A stretch of 64,000 bases of DNA. Source: a virus. The position numbers and the translations under genes are program-made. The notes below the pieces were generated by a model. That model was given only the letters and a program-made list of their open reading frames with translations. It searched no databases and was not told the DNA's origin. Of this stretch, positions 8,795 through 18,480 are shown one piece after another. How positions within the stretch are numbered: position 1 is the stretch's first letter; every line of letters starts with the position of its first letter. The DNA is taken from IMG/VR virus record IMGVR_UViG_3300017728_002360. The stretch is one strand, 5' to 3'.

Positions 8795-9893
8795 TATTTT
8801 GGTACGTTTTAACGGTGATATAGTACCGGACGGAGTGTACTTAAAACGTTACGGAAACGTGCTACAAACACCTTTAAATGACCTTTTAAACAGCTATACA
8901 GCGTCATACACACGTGATTCTATCCGTAGTGGAGTGTTACCGCCCGAGTGCGAACAATGTGCTTTAAAAGAAGCTTCTGTGGGTCATAGCAGGCGTAAAT
9001 TTTTTGAAGATATTTTGAATCCTATGGTTAAGGACAAGGGATATGATTACTCAAAAGACTTCACAGATATCTACTTTTTGGAGTTTAATATGAGTAATAT
9101 ATGTAACCTAAAATGTCGTATGTGTGACGGTATCAATTCTAGTGCTTGGGTCAAGGACGATCTTAAACTTGCACAAAATGGTAACCCGTATTTTAGAAGA
9201 ACTGACGATCCAGAATTTGGTTACACTAATAAAAGCGATCAGATCATAGAAAAATTATTCGAGGATCCCACACCATTTATGAACTTACGTTATCTAAGTA
9301 TCAAGGGTGGAGAACCTTACATGGAGCCTGCAAACAAAAAGATATTGCAGAAGTTTATAGACTTAGGAGTTGCAAAAAATGTTACACTTGACTGGACAAC
9401 GAATGGTACGATCGTTGATGAAGAAATACAGGAACTTGCTAGACACTTTGGCGAAACTAAATGGACAGTAAGTTTAGAAGGAACAGGTAAGCTGTATGAA
9501 TACATTAGAGGTGGAAAGAACTTTACGTTTGATCAACTAAATGAAAACCTAAAGCAGTACGACTTTGATAGAATTATTATTGCTGTAACTGTTATGGCAT
9601 ATAATATTGCACACCTAGATAAGATATGGTGGTGGTTTGAAGAAAATAAAAAAGACAACTGGGAAATATATTTTAATAATGTAGTTGCTAAACCGCCTTA
9701 CTTGAATCCTAGAATATTACCTAACGAGATACTAGATAAGATTGATTTTAGATTTCCTAAGATTACATATGAACAAGATAAGGAACTAGGTAAACATATA
9801 GACTTGTTTGTAAACTATACTAAAGATCTAGATAAGATTAGAAATACAAGTGTGTTAGATTATTGTCCTGAACTTAAAGATCTGTTTGTATAG
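8766..9893 (+). CDS. radical SAM protein with degenerate N-terminal twitch-like cluster (type A)
   Basis: 'KCLAPW..GDIVPDG..CEQC', CNLKCRMC, 'KGGEP', 'TTNGT'. GGAGA RBS at 8756-8760 supports a start at 8766/8769. Confidence 0.87.
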   Translation: MMKCLAPWHSILVRFNGDIVPDGVYLKRYGNVLQTPLNDLLNSYTASYTRDSIRSGVLPPECEQCALKEASVGHSRRKFFEDILNPMVKDKGYDYSKDFTDIYFLEFNMSNICNLKCRMCDGINSSAWVKDDLKLAQNGNPYFRRTDDPEFGYTNKSDQIIEKLFEDPTPFMNLRYLSIKGGEPYMEPANKKILQKFIDLGVAKNVTLDWTTNGTIVDEEIQELARHFGETKWTVSLEGTGKLYEYIRGGKNFTFDQLNENLKQYDFDRIIIAVTVMAYNIAHLDKIWWWFEENKKDNWEIYFNNVVAKPPYLNPRILPNEILDKIDFRFPKITYEQDKELGKHIDLFVNYTKDLDKIRNTSVLDYCPELKDLFV

Positions 9894-10425
9894 GATCAAG
9901 TGCTATATAGTGAACGTTGGTGTAAGTAGGACTATCAATTACCCACTTAACAAGTTGCCCTGCTTGTTGTAAACTAATTTTGTGTTTATCGTCTTTTAAT
10001 TTTTGTGTTTTAGAATTTAGTTGACCAAAAGCAATATTGCTCATACGTATTTTACTATTACCCCAACATACATTCTTACAAAGTTCTTTGCTTCTTTTAT
10101 CAAGTGCAGTTTTGTTTTCAAGATACCCTTCCGGACTATAACCGTCACCCCAGAAACTTGTTGTACTGCTGATATTAATTATATGTCCTCTTTCAAACTT
10201 ATCGTATACAGCATTTAATATATCTACCTGTTCTCCATCAGGACCATACTGACTGTTTACAAATACATCAAAGTCTTTTGCATAGTTGGCGACTTTTTCA
10301 AAGTCTCCTAGATCCCAGTCATTCCATCTGCCAATGAACTCTACCCTATTATGATTATATGCTTCATAGATACCTTTGCATAAACCTTCGTAGTTAGGAT
10401 TTCCTGTTACTAATATTTTGCTCAT
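9874..10425 (-). CDS. short SDR-family NAD(P)-dependent oxidoreductase
   Basis: 'ILVTG', 'DVFVNS', 'IINISS', YxxxK (YLENK). Confidence 0.72.
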   Translation of the reverse strand: MSKILVTGNPNYEGLCKGIYEAYNHNRVEFIGRWNDWDLGDFEKVANYAKDFDVFVNSQYGPDGEQVDILNAVYDKFERGHIINISSTTSFWGDGYSPEGYLENKTALDKRSKELCKNVCWGNSKIRMSNIAFGQLNSKTQKLKDDKHKISLQQAGQLVKWVIDSPTYTNVHYIALDPIQTDL

Positions 10426-11354
10426 AGTTCTGCTACTTGTTCTTTCTTAATGTATATGTCGCTTAGACAACTGCAAATGCTTTTACCACATACTATAGGT
10501 TCTGTTGGCAACTTGTATCTTTCTAAATTACCTATTGCTCCACCGAACTGACAGTCTGCTCTATACATATTGCCCCACATATCTATATTTACTCCGTCAA
10601 CACCTGCCCAACATTTCCAACCTACAAATTTGTTCTTACCTTCTAGTATTAGTTGATTAGCGTCTACGTCTTTGCTATCCTTGAACCAGTCATTGTATTG
10701 TAATTGCATTTCGCCTCTGTGTACATCTCCGAAATGTATATCTCTACTAAAGGGCCAATTCTTAATTGTATCCTTTTGTTGCTGTGTATATGTAACAACT
10801 TCATTTGTAATACTTTCACTAGATGTTTTATCTACAATAACTTTAGGCTCAATACTTGCTATATCTGTATTGCTATAAATTAGTTCTGATATCTTAAATG
10901 CTTCTTCAAAGTCTGTTGGCAATAACATCATATTTACAACTGTATTGATTCCGCTTTCATTTATTACTTTTATAAAATGTTCTGGATCTGCGTATGCTTT
11001 ATGATAGCTTAACATCATAGCATCTGTATAGGGTGCAATACGTTTGAAGTACTCTGGCTTTTGACTTCCATTACTTACAAATGTAAACTTATGTCCTTGC
11101 TCCTTGGCACACTTTGCCATGTCTATAAAGTGTTTCCAATACGTAGGTTCACCACCACTTATTCTAAAACAGATATCCTTGTTTACTTTTAAATTTTTTA
11201 TAAAACGTTCTACAGTTTCCCAACGTGGTTGTCCTGTGCTACCATTGTGTAGTATGTCGGGGCAGTACTCACAACGATAGTTACACTTATTAGATAGTGT
11301 CCAACTAACTAAGAACCAATCGTTTTTTGTAATGTCCTTGTATACTAGTTTCAT
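10422..11354 (-). CDS. radical SAM protein with C-terminal Cys cluster (type C)
   Basis: CNYRCEYC, 'SGGEPT', 'SNGS'; C-terminal 'NKFVGWKCWAG..C..CGKSICSCLSD'. Confidence 0.88.
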   Translation of the reverse strand: MKLVYKDITKNDWFLVSWTLSNKCNYRCEYCPDILHNGSTGQPRWETVERFIKNLKVNKDICFRISGGEPTYWKHFIDMAKCAKEQGHKFTFVSNGSQKPEYFKRIAPYTDAMMLSYHKAYADPEHFIKVINESGINTVVNMMLLPTDFEEAFKISELIYSNTDIASIEPKVIVDKTSSESITNEVVTYTQQQKDTIKNWPFSRDIHFGDVHRGEMQLQYNDWFKDSKDVDANQLILEGKNKFVGWKCWAGVDGVNIDMWGNMYRADCQFGGAIGNLERYKLPTEPIVCGKSICSCLSDIYIKKEQVAEL

Positions 11355-11879
11355 TTAGTAATCCCACTTTTGCCATGGACCTTCTATTGTTATTGATGTT
11401 ATATCTTTATCATTCATTACATCTATAATCTTTGTGGCTACACCATCAACGGGCAATTTAGCTGTATCAAATCCTTCTGTCATAGGCGTGTCCATCCAAC
11501 CTATTTTAATATTTACTACTCTACACTTTTTCTCTATGTGTTGTAATCTCATGCAGGCTTCGTCTAGTGCTTTTTTATGTATAGGATAAAATCCCATTTG
11601 ATAATTTATATGTTTTATTTCAGAAGCAGTACTGCTAATGTTTATAATTGTTTTATCCTCATTCATCCACTTTAAAAAAACTTTTTCTAACATAATAGCT
11701 TGATGAAATCCATCATACGCATTGTTAATAAAAACGTCACAACTTAATAAGGCGTCAATCCAAGGATCAGGATTTTTTATGTCATGATGACTGCCTAAGT
11801 CAAATCCTATACTATCTGGTATGCGTGTATAAAGTTCTTTACCTAGTCCTGACAAATGTCCTGTGATTCCTACTCTCAT
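11355..11879 (-). CDS. short SDR-family NAD(P)-dependent oxidoreductase
   Basis: TGxxxGxG (TGHLSGLG), 'DVFINNA', 'IINISS', YxxxK (YPIHK), 'GWMDTPM'. Confidence 0.8.
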   Translation of the reverse strand: MRVGITGHLSGLGKELYTRIPDSIGFDLGSHHDIKNPDPWIDALLSCDVFINNAYDGFHQAIMLEKVFLKWMNEDKTIINISSTASEIKHINYQMGFYPIHKKALDEACMRLQHIEKKCRVVNIKIGWMDTPMTEGFDTAKLPVDGVATKIIDVMNDKDITSITIEGPWQKWDY

Positions 11880-12997
11880 AATCCGTGTACCTTTTCCATT
11901 TCTTTTAACGTATCTGGTATTGCATCAAAGTATTCTTGGTCTGCATTAATAGGTACAATAAACCTAAAATGCTTATCACTTTTGTTTATCATAAAAGTAG
12001 TGCCAAAGTTTCCGCTGATGTTCCAACCATCGATTGATAAATTCTGTCTTGCAAGTTCTATAACATTATTAACGTTATCCATATACTTGTAATTTTCTAA
12101 AACGTTTAAGTATTCGTCCATACACAATACACCTGACAGGGTCATACTGTATGTGTGTCCATGTAACCACTTTCCGTCTTTTATTTTTTCATGTACTTTC
12201 TCATTAAACATAGCCATTGATAACGGAAAGAAGCCTCCTGTAATTGCCTTGCCCATTACAAATAGATCAGGCTTAACAGGTTGTTTACTCCAACCAAAGA
12301 AGTCTCCTGTTTTACCGCCACCCATAAACACATCATCTATGATTACGAGTACATCATGTTTGGCTTGTATCTCATTTACTTTATTCCAAACGTCATACCC
12401 ATAAGGTGATATATCTTGATCATGTGGACAAGTTTCTACAACGATACAAGCAACATCGTCCCAATCAACTTCCTGTTCTAAATTATTGCGTGATAATTTA
12501 ATTACGTTTTGATATGGATCCATTCCGTAGTATGCACTTTGAAAGTGTACATCTCCAACACTCATTGACAGTAAAGTTGATCCATGATACGCATCGTCAA
12601 ATGATACTATTTTCTTTCTAGTATTTCCACATCTTTGATGATATGCAAAGGCTAACTTGATAGCAACTTCTACTCCGTCACTTCCTGATAATGCAAACAC
12701 AGGTCTGTATCCATCGGTCATGTTATACAATCTATTTGCTAAATCAATGTGTGGTGAATTTACAGCTGGTCCTGAATGACCAAAAAACAAACTGTCACCT
12801 GTCTCGTGTTTGAATCCTTTCATTCTAGTACATACTTTATCAATGATACCATGGTCGTCATATCCTAGACTAAACGCACTATAATATAAAAGGTTGTCAA
12901 TTAACTTGACTCCGTCTTTAATTGTGCCAAACTTCCAGTGTTCAGTGTCTACACTTACGTCAGTCTGTTGTCCTAGTATTAGTCCTTTATATTCCAT
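11876..12997 (-). CDS. class III PLP-dependent aminotransferase (BioA-like motifs)
   Basis: 'SGSDGVEVAIKLA', 'YHGST', 'IDDVFMGGGKTG', PLP-binding Lys in 'PDLFVMGKAITGG', 'HGHTY'. Confidence 0.85.
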   Translation of the reverse strand: MEYKGLILGQQTDVSVDTEHWKFGTIKDGVKLIDNLLYYSAFSLGYDDHGIIDKVCTRMKGFKHETGDSLFFGHSGPAVNSPHIDLANRLYNMTDGYRPVFALSGSDGVEVAIKLAFAYHQRCGNTRKKIVSFDDAYHGSTLLSMSVGDVHFQSAYYGMDPYQNVIKLSRNNLEQEVDWDDVACIVVETCPHDQDISPYGYDVWNKVNEIQAKHDVLVIIDDVFMGGGKTGDFFGWSKQPVKPDLFVMGKAITGGFFPLSMAMFNEKVHEKIKDGKWLHGHTYSMTLSGVLCMDEYLNVLENYKYMDNVNNVIELARQNLSIDGWNISGNFGTTFMINKSDKHFRFIVPINADQEYFDAIPDTLKEMEKVHGL

Positions 12998-14301
12998 TAC
13001 ATATATCTCCCAAGCTCTGGAAATGTTTTTCTAAAGTCTGTTTCACGTCTTTCATCTGTTATCTTTAAGTATTCTTGTAGTGCAGGAAGTTTGTTTCCCC
13101 AATCATCTTGCATCATGTATTTAATTAGTCCTCTCCAACGTTGAGCACCGTATGGGTGTTGATTAAATTCTAAATTAAACTTCTGTCTGTCAATAAAATT
13201 TTCAATCTTTTGTTTAGCCCATAGTTTTGCTTCTTGTGGTAGTACTTGTACATTTAGGTACGATGGCAAATAAACCAAATGCGTTCCTATGATTCCGCCG
13301 CCAAACATTGATGGATTAATCTTGCTAAAGCCTTGATCCATTTTCCATTCAGCTAATTCATCTATGTAACCTACGTTTAATAATTGTATTGCACAGGCAA
13401 TATTGATAACCGTATTATCCTTTGTATTTTGATCTAATCTCTTTAAGTTGGTTTCAACGTCCGACCACTTGCTTGGGTAACGTATATAATCATTACGTTC
13501 ACCATATGCGTCAATGCTAAAATTAAAACGTACTTCCTTAAAATGATCCCATAGTTTAAATAACTTGTCTGGTAATTCTAATCCATTTGAATTATATCGT
13601 AGGTTGCAATTTTTTGCATATCCTTCGTCGACCATAAACTCTAATATTTTATAATGTTCAGGTATTAGTAACGGTTCTCCGCCTGCAAAGTACAGTTCTT
13701 GTATATGCTGTGCCTGGTCTTTCATTGAATCTATAAACGATCCTTTTTTATACCAGGTATAATCATATTGATCGTCCCAACCTTGGTCAGCAACTAGGTC
13801 CTTGTTCTTATACTGCGGATACTGTAGTTTCCATTCTTTAATCCAACTTGAACTATCATGTGGACTACACATAACGCATTTCAATTGGCATAGGTTACCT
13901 AAACGTAAATCAAAGTAAGGAATGTTTACAGGTGCAGTACCATCTTCCTTTGTACTTGCAATAAGTTTATCAAAGTCTAAACGTTCTTTCCATTCTGCAC
14001 TTTCCCATTGGCGTTTACTTGAAATACCTTTTGCTTCTTCATTAAAGCATTTAGTACAACTGGCAGGTATTTCGCCATTGAGCATTTGAAGTCTTGTTCT
14101 TCTCATGTGTTCGCTGTTCCATACTTCTTCTATTGTATGGTCACGTAGGTTCATAGCAATACCATCTTTCTTAACAAGTCCTGCTGTCTTTTCATCTTGT
14201 TTACCCGCACCACTGGCATTGGCAGTACAGCAAACTCTAACATCTCCGTTAGGTCGTGTCGCTAAATGTATCCAGGGTAGTGGGCAAAATGTTTTACTCA
14301 T
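12997..14301 (-). CDS. radical SAM protein with N-terminal twitch/SPASM-like cluster (type A)
   Basis: 'FCPLPW..VCC..CTKC', CQLKCVMC, 'AGGEP', 'NSNG', 'SIDA'. Confidence 0.88.
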   Translation of the reverse strand: MSKTFCPLPWIHLATRPNGDVRVCCTANASGAGKQDEKTAGLVKKDGIAMNLRDHTIEEVWNSEHMRRTRLQMLNGEIPASCTKCFNEEAKGISSKRQWESAEWKERLDFDKLIASTKEDGTAPVNIPYFDLRLGNLCQLKCVMCSPHDSSSWIKEWKLQYPQYKNKDLVADQGWDDQYDYTWYKKGSFIDSMKDQAQHIQELYFAGGEPLLIPEHYKILEFMVDEGYAKNCNLRYNSNGLELPDKLFKLWDHFKEVRFNFSIDAYGERNDYIRYPSKWSDVETNLKRLDQNTKDNTVINIACAIQLLNVGYIDELAEWKMDQGFSKINPSMFGGGIIGTHLVYLPSYLNVQVLPQEAKLWAKQKIENFIDRQKFNLEFNQHPYGAQRWRGLIKYMMQDDWGNKLPALQEYLKITDERRETDFRKTFPELGRYM

Positions 14302-15137
14302 TTTATTGCTAATCCTACTTGTTCACCTATTTGTTTATATTCCAATATCTTTCCTGTAACTGTAGACTGTTTCATGTTTTCGTAGTTGATTCCTTTTAGT
14401 GTAATACAATCTCCTACTACCTGTGCAAGTACTCCTACTGCACTATGACAATCACCGTCTAAGAACTTCAATGCTGTACGTTCTGCTAATACACTATAAA
14501 ATGTATCCAAGTGGTTTATTTGCCTTACTAGAGCTGTGTAAGGGCTCATAGTACGTGTCTGTACAGCAATAACACCTTGTCCAACCGCTGGTAACATTTT
14601 ATCAAAGTCAAATGTATGTGTTATATATTTTTCTAATCCTAGTATTTCAAGTCCTGCTCTTGCCAAAATAATGGCATCATAATCACCGTCATTTAATTTC
14701 TTAATGCGTGTTGCAATATTTCCTCTGATATGTTTTATCTCAAAGTCTACCTTAAAGTTATTTTTAAGTTGTGCTATTCTTCTTGGACTACCTGTTCCTA
14801 CTCTTGCACCTGGAAAGAATTTACCCAAGTAACAATCTCTTGGATCGTTACGTTTTAATACTGCCGCAAGTATTAACTCTTTTGGCATTACAGTTGGTAA
14901 GTCCTTTGTGCTGTGTACAGCTACATCAACAGCACCATTGTACAATTCATCTTCTATGCGTTTACAAAACACTCCTTTGCCACCTATATCAGCAATAACT
15001 TTATCTTCGTGGATATCTCCATCTGATTTGATTGGAACAATTTCTACAGTACAGTTTAGTTGTTCTAATTTTCTAGTTACTATTTCTGCCATTGACAATG
15101 CTAGTTCACTACCTCTAACTCCTACCCTTACTTTCAT
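14298..15137 (-). CDS. hemC: hydroxymethylbilane synthase (porphobilinogen deaminase)
   Basis: 'GVRGSELA', 'GGKGVF', 'DVAVHSTKDLP', 'GTGSPRR', 'RGNIATR', 'PAVGQG', and the cofactor-binding Cys in 'LDGDC'. Confidence 0.95.
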   Translation of the reverse strand: MKVRVGVRGSELALSMAEIVTRKLEQLNCTVEIVPIKSDGDIHEDKVIADIGGKGVFCKRIEDELYNGAVDVAVHSTKDLPTVMPKELILAAVLKRNDPRDCYLGKFFPGARVGTGSPRRIAQLKNNFKVDFEIKHIRGNIATRIKKLNDGDYDAIILARAGLEILGLEKYITHTFDFDKMLPAVGQGVIAVQTRTMSPYTALVRQINHLDTFYSVLAERTALKFLDGDCHSAVGVLAQVVGDCITLKGINYENMKQSTVTGKILEYKQIGEQVGLAIK

Positions 15138-15742
15138 TTGTTTTTCCTTCCAACTAACATATACCTTGTATACTTAGGCAGTTCAAGTTCTGCTTTTTCA
15201 GATACATTTAATTTACTTTTCCATTCAAACTCTTTAAGGTCCTTGCTACAGTTTACGTGTTCATCTAATTCAAAGTAATTGTTACTTTGTAAAATAATTT
15301 GTGCTCCATCTGGTACTTTGTCTAACCAAGTGTTGTATTGTTCTTGTGTGATGTGTTCACAGCTTGTATTGATAACAAAGTAAGGCTCTCTAGTATATTC
15401 ATATTCACACATATCAGCAGTTACACTTTCAAACTTACCTTCCATCTCATAACGTTTGTTCATTGTACTTGCTATTTCTTTACACTTAGGATCTATGTCA
15501 ATGCTTGTTATGTGTTTGCAACCTAGTTCACTATTGAACATCATACAAGCTAGTACTCCGTTCCAACCGCCATGTATTACAAACTCTGCATTTCTAATAG
15601 ACTTGTGTTTTTCAAGTGCTTCAATTAGCCAGAGCTTACTTTTAATCTGACCGTCCCAGAAACTCTCAAGTGTACGTTCTTTATCTTCGCTGTTACGTAT
15701 TGCGTCCATCCAGAACTTTATATCGTGTATATCTATTTTCAT
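15134..15742 (-). CDS. class I SAM-dependent methyltransferase-like protein
   Basis: 'VIHGGWNG' motif I, 'SIDID' acidic motif II, 'TADM', 'INTSCEH'. Confidence 0.65.
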   Translation of the reverse strand: MKIDIHDIKFWMDAIRNSEDKERTLESFWDGQIKSKLWLIEALEKHKSIRNAEFVIHGGWNGVLACMMFNSELGCKHITSIDIDPKCKEIASTMNKRYEMEGKFESVTADMCEYEYTREPYFVINTSCEHITQEQYNTWLDKVPDGAQIILQSNNYFELDEHVNCSKDLKEFEWKSKLNVSEKAELELPKYTRYMLVGRKNK

Positions 15743-16131
15743 TAAAAGCCTATTCTTATTCCTATACTGTGATTATCTCTAATAACATCATAATTATAAA
15801 CAACATTATACGTATGCCATATGGATCTATATTTCTCAGGTATCATCTTTGTTGCTTCATAGTGTGCAAATCCTCTAGCAATAAAATAAGTTATAACTTG
15901 AAACTCATTTGGGTGCTTACCTAATATTTTATTCTTTTCATAATAGTTGTCATTGTTTGCTATTTCTAAAGTCTGTAACATATCTATTGTTTGTAATATA
16001 TTAAAAGCAATGATACCTGCCTTATCAGTTTCTGTTAAAGGTTCTTTGTAAAACTGTTTTAAATCTAATGCTTTACTGTCTCCTACCGAAACTATAATAC
16101 ACATAAAAATTGCTACTAATAATAATCTCAT
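15742..16131 (-). CDS. hypothetical exported/membrane protein
   Basis: Signal-peptide-like N-terminus (MRLLLVAIFMCIIVSVG..SKA), 'DMLQT..EKNKILGKHP' motif, C-terminal IGIRIGF. Confidence 0.55.
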   Translation of the reverse strand: MRLLLVAIFMCIIVSVGDSKALDLKQFYKEPLTETDKAGIIAFNILQTIDMLQTLEIANNDNYYEKNKILGKHPNEFQVITYFIARGFAHYEATKMIPEKYRSIWHTYNVVYNYDVIRDNHSIGIRIGF

Positions 16132-16874
16132 TTTCTAACTTTCTTATTATACTCCAATGCTTCTTGTAACAAAGTTAAGTCAACGCCGTTTTGTTTTGCA
16201 GTATAAATTATTGCTTGTATGTCTTTAGGAAAACAATGACCACCAAAGCCTCTTTCCTCTGTAACTTCTGTGTGGCTTGAACCTATTCGTCTATCTTTTC
16301 CTACACCTTCAGCAACCTTATCATAGTCTACACCTGTAGCTTTACACAGATCATAAACTTGATTAAAGAAAGCAACCTTGTTTGCTAGAAAACTGTTGCG
16401 GAAATATTTAACAAGTATTAATTCTTCTGCTTTATTGTAAAGGTTAATTGTTGGCGTACCAAACATAGTTACTAATATTGTACTCCAAAACTGTGTGTTA
16501 CCTTCTGCTAACATAAAATATTCTGAATTAGCTAAATCTTCTGTTGCTGTTTTGTTTCTTAAAAACTCCGGACTAAATGTAATATCATGTTTGGGGAAGT
16601 CTTGTTTTATTGCCTTCCAACCTTCTAAACTTATTGTGCTTTTAATTATTATAGGCACGTTAGGTACTCTGCTTATTACATCATACACAGAGTTTACTAT
16701 ACAAGCACCATTTTCAAATGATGGTGTTGCTGTACATATGATTACTCCGTCTATGTCCTTGCTTATATCGTTATAGCCCTTCATTGGATCGTATATCTCA
16801 ACATCAAAGGAAGGTCTTAGATATGTTTCATGTGCTTTTCCTACTGTTCCATATCCTGCTACTAATATTTTCAT
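16128..16874 (-). CDS. UDP-glucose/GDP-mannose dehydrogenase-family protein lacking the C-terminal domain
   Basis: GxGxxG (GYGTVG), 'IKST', 'SPEFLR', 'KYFRNSF', catalytic 'GFGGHCFPKD'; ends at 248 aa. Confidence 0.85.
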   Translation of the reverse strand: MKILVAGYGTVGKAHETYLRPSFDVEIYDPMKGYNDISKDIDGVIICTATPSFENGACIVNSVYDVISRVPNVPIIIKSTISLEGWKAIKQDFPKHDITFSPEFLRNKTATEDLANSEYFMLAEGNTQFWSTILVTMFGTPTINLYNKAEELILVKYFRNSFLANKVAFFNQVYDLCKATGVDYDKVAEGVGKDRRIGSSHTEVTEERGFGGHCFPKDIQAIIYTAKQNGVDLTLLQEALEYNKKVRK

Positions 16875-17863
16875 GATCTCTCCACGAACTGTTCGTTTAA
16901 TTTGTCAAAACTACCACATTGTTTTGAACACTCTTTAAGTCCTGTACTGTTCCAACACCCTGCAATAAGATCAAAGTACCCACTTGCAAAGATACTTTTC
17001 AAGCTAGTGTCGTTTAAGTTTGGCCATATCTTAATTTTATTCAAATAGTCTATACGATTCTCGTGTGACGGTGGATAAAATTGTTGATCTAACCAACAAC
17101 AAGGAGTAACTGTACCTAATGCACTTACGTATAACATACTGTCCTTAACTGCTTTACAGTTTATGGTTGGTAATGTTTCTGCAGATGCTTGTTTTACTTT
17201 GCTGGTCATCTCTTTACTCTTTTGTGATGGATACAAAGTATCTATTTGTTGTCCTTGTTCATTTAACACAGCAAACTTTCCGTCTTTGAAACGTGTAGTG
17301 TGCTTGACAGAGAAGTTTTCCATACCTAAACGTTTAGATAGTTCTCTACATTCATCTATCTGATGTTGATTATGTTCAAACACCAGCATATCCCATCTTG
17401 CTTTTCCACCTGCGTCTACAAAGGTCATAACATTGTGTATGATCTTCTTCCAGTCTGTGTTAATTCTATATTTTGCGTGTGTGTCTGCCAGACCATCTAT
17501 GCCAAACACAACATTTACTTTTAATTTTGCTAATTCTTTCCACCATTTGTCTGTACGACCACTGCCGTTGGTGTGCATTTGTAATCCCATGTGAGGATTT
17601 GACTCACGTAGGTATTCATATATCTGTAGTGTGTCCTTTGCAACTATAGGATCACCCAAGTTACCACACATTCCTAAATGATTTAACTGTTTAATAAAAT
17701 CTACATCAAACCATTCCATAAATTTGTCAATGTTTATTTCATCTAAGCCCATGAAAGGATTTAACGGACCGCCATTCATTCTTCTAGCACACATAGGGCA
17801 CTTTGCCTGACAGCGACTAGTCACTTCTAAATGAATTGCTCTTATATCCGTTAGGTTATACAT
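16871..17863 (-). CDS. radical SAM protein with C-terminal twitch/SPASM-like cluster (type B)
   Basis: CQAKCPMC, 'GNLGDP', 'HTNG', 'FGIDG', C-terminal 'NCKA..TPCC..CSKQC'. Paralogue of 6321-7316. Confidence 0.88.
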   Translation of the reverse strand: MYNLTDIRAIHLEVTSRCQAKCPMCARRMNGGPLNPFMGLDEINIDKFMEWFDVDFIKQLNHLGMCGNLGDPIVAKDTLQIYEYLRESNPHMGLQMHTNGSGRTDKWWKELAKLKVNVVFGIDGLADTHAKYRINTDWKKIIHNVMTFVDAGGKARWDMLVFEHNQHQIDECRELSKRLGMENFSVKHTTRFKDGKFAVLNEQGQQIDTLYPSQKSKEMTSKVKQASAETLPTINCKAVKDSMLYVSALGTVTPCCWLDQQFYPPSHENRIDYLNKIKIWPNLNDTSLKSIFASGYFDLIAGCWNSTGLKECSKQCGSFDKLNEQFVERS

Positions 17864-18480
17864 TACTTTTGATTGAACCTTCGCATTGTTGCTTCTATTG
17901 TTTCGTCATTGGCGGCAACATTTACTATTAGCCAGTAACTATCTGTAAAACTACTGTTGAACAAGTAGTGCATTTTCAAAGTATCTATGAAATACATTCT
18001 ACCTACTTCCCAATGTAACTGTTGTCCTTCTAATATAAAATTAAACTGTGGAGGATTTACATTACGTAATGGCATTATTAATCTAAACGTATCAATGGCC
18101 TCTCCGCTGTAATCCCAATCCCTGTGTGGAGGAAAGAATCCACCTGGACCAAATTTTAAAAAGTGTGTTCTGTAATAATGTCCTTCCCATGGTAATAACA
18201 AATCGTGTATCTGTTTGTTTAGTACAGGAGTTGCTTTGTTAAAGTCCTTTTCTCCGTACTCTGTACCATGCTCCTTGTTGTATTCATACAAGCTATCTAA
18301 ATCAATACCATTAAAAGTACCGTCTGAACTTGTAACACTCAGTCCCCAACGATTAACATCTTTACGTGGGTTGTATTTTTGCCAGTCAAAGTCATTAGCC
18401 CAAGCAACCAGCATTTCTGCATCTGTTGTTGTTTCTAATTCTACTTGATTTCCGAATTGGCTTAAATCTCTATAGTCCAT
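17863..18480 (-). CDS. Asp/Asn beta-hydroxylase-like Fe(II)/2OG oxygenase
   Basis: 'RTHFLKFGPGGFFPPHRD', 'YFIDTLKMHYLFN'. Confidence 0.75.
   Translation of the reverse strand: MDYRDLSQFGNQVELETTTDAEMLVAWANDFDWQKYNPRKDVNRWGLSVTSSDGTFNGIDLDSLYEYNKEHGTEYGEKDFNKATPVLNKQIHDLLLPWEGHYYRTHFLKFGPGGFFPPHRDWDYSGEAIDTFRLIMPLRNVNPPQFNFILEGQQLHWEVGRMYFIDTLKMHYLFNSSFTDSYWLIVNVAANDETIEATMRRFNQK

Noticed and set aside
11876-12997. Aminotransferase as HemL (GSA aminomutase), given nearby hemC
   Set aside because: The motifs 'DDVFMGGGKTG', 'GKAITGGFFPLS' and 'HGHTY' are BioA/omega-aminotransferase-like, not the HemL pattern.
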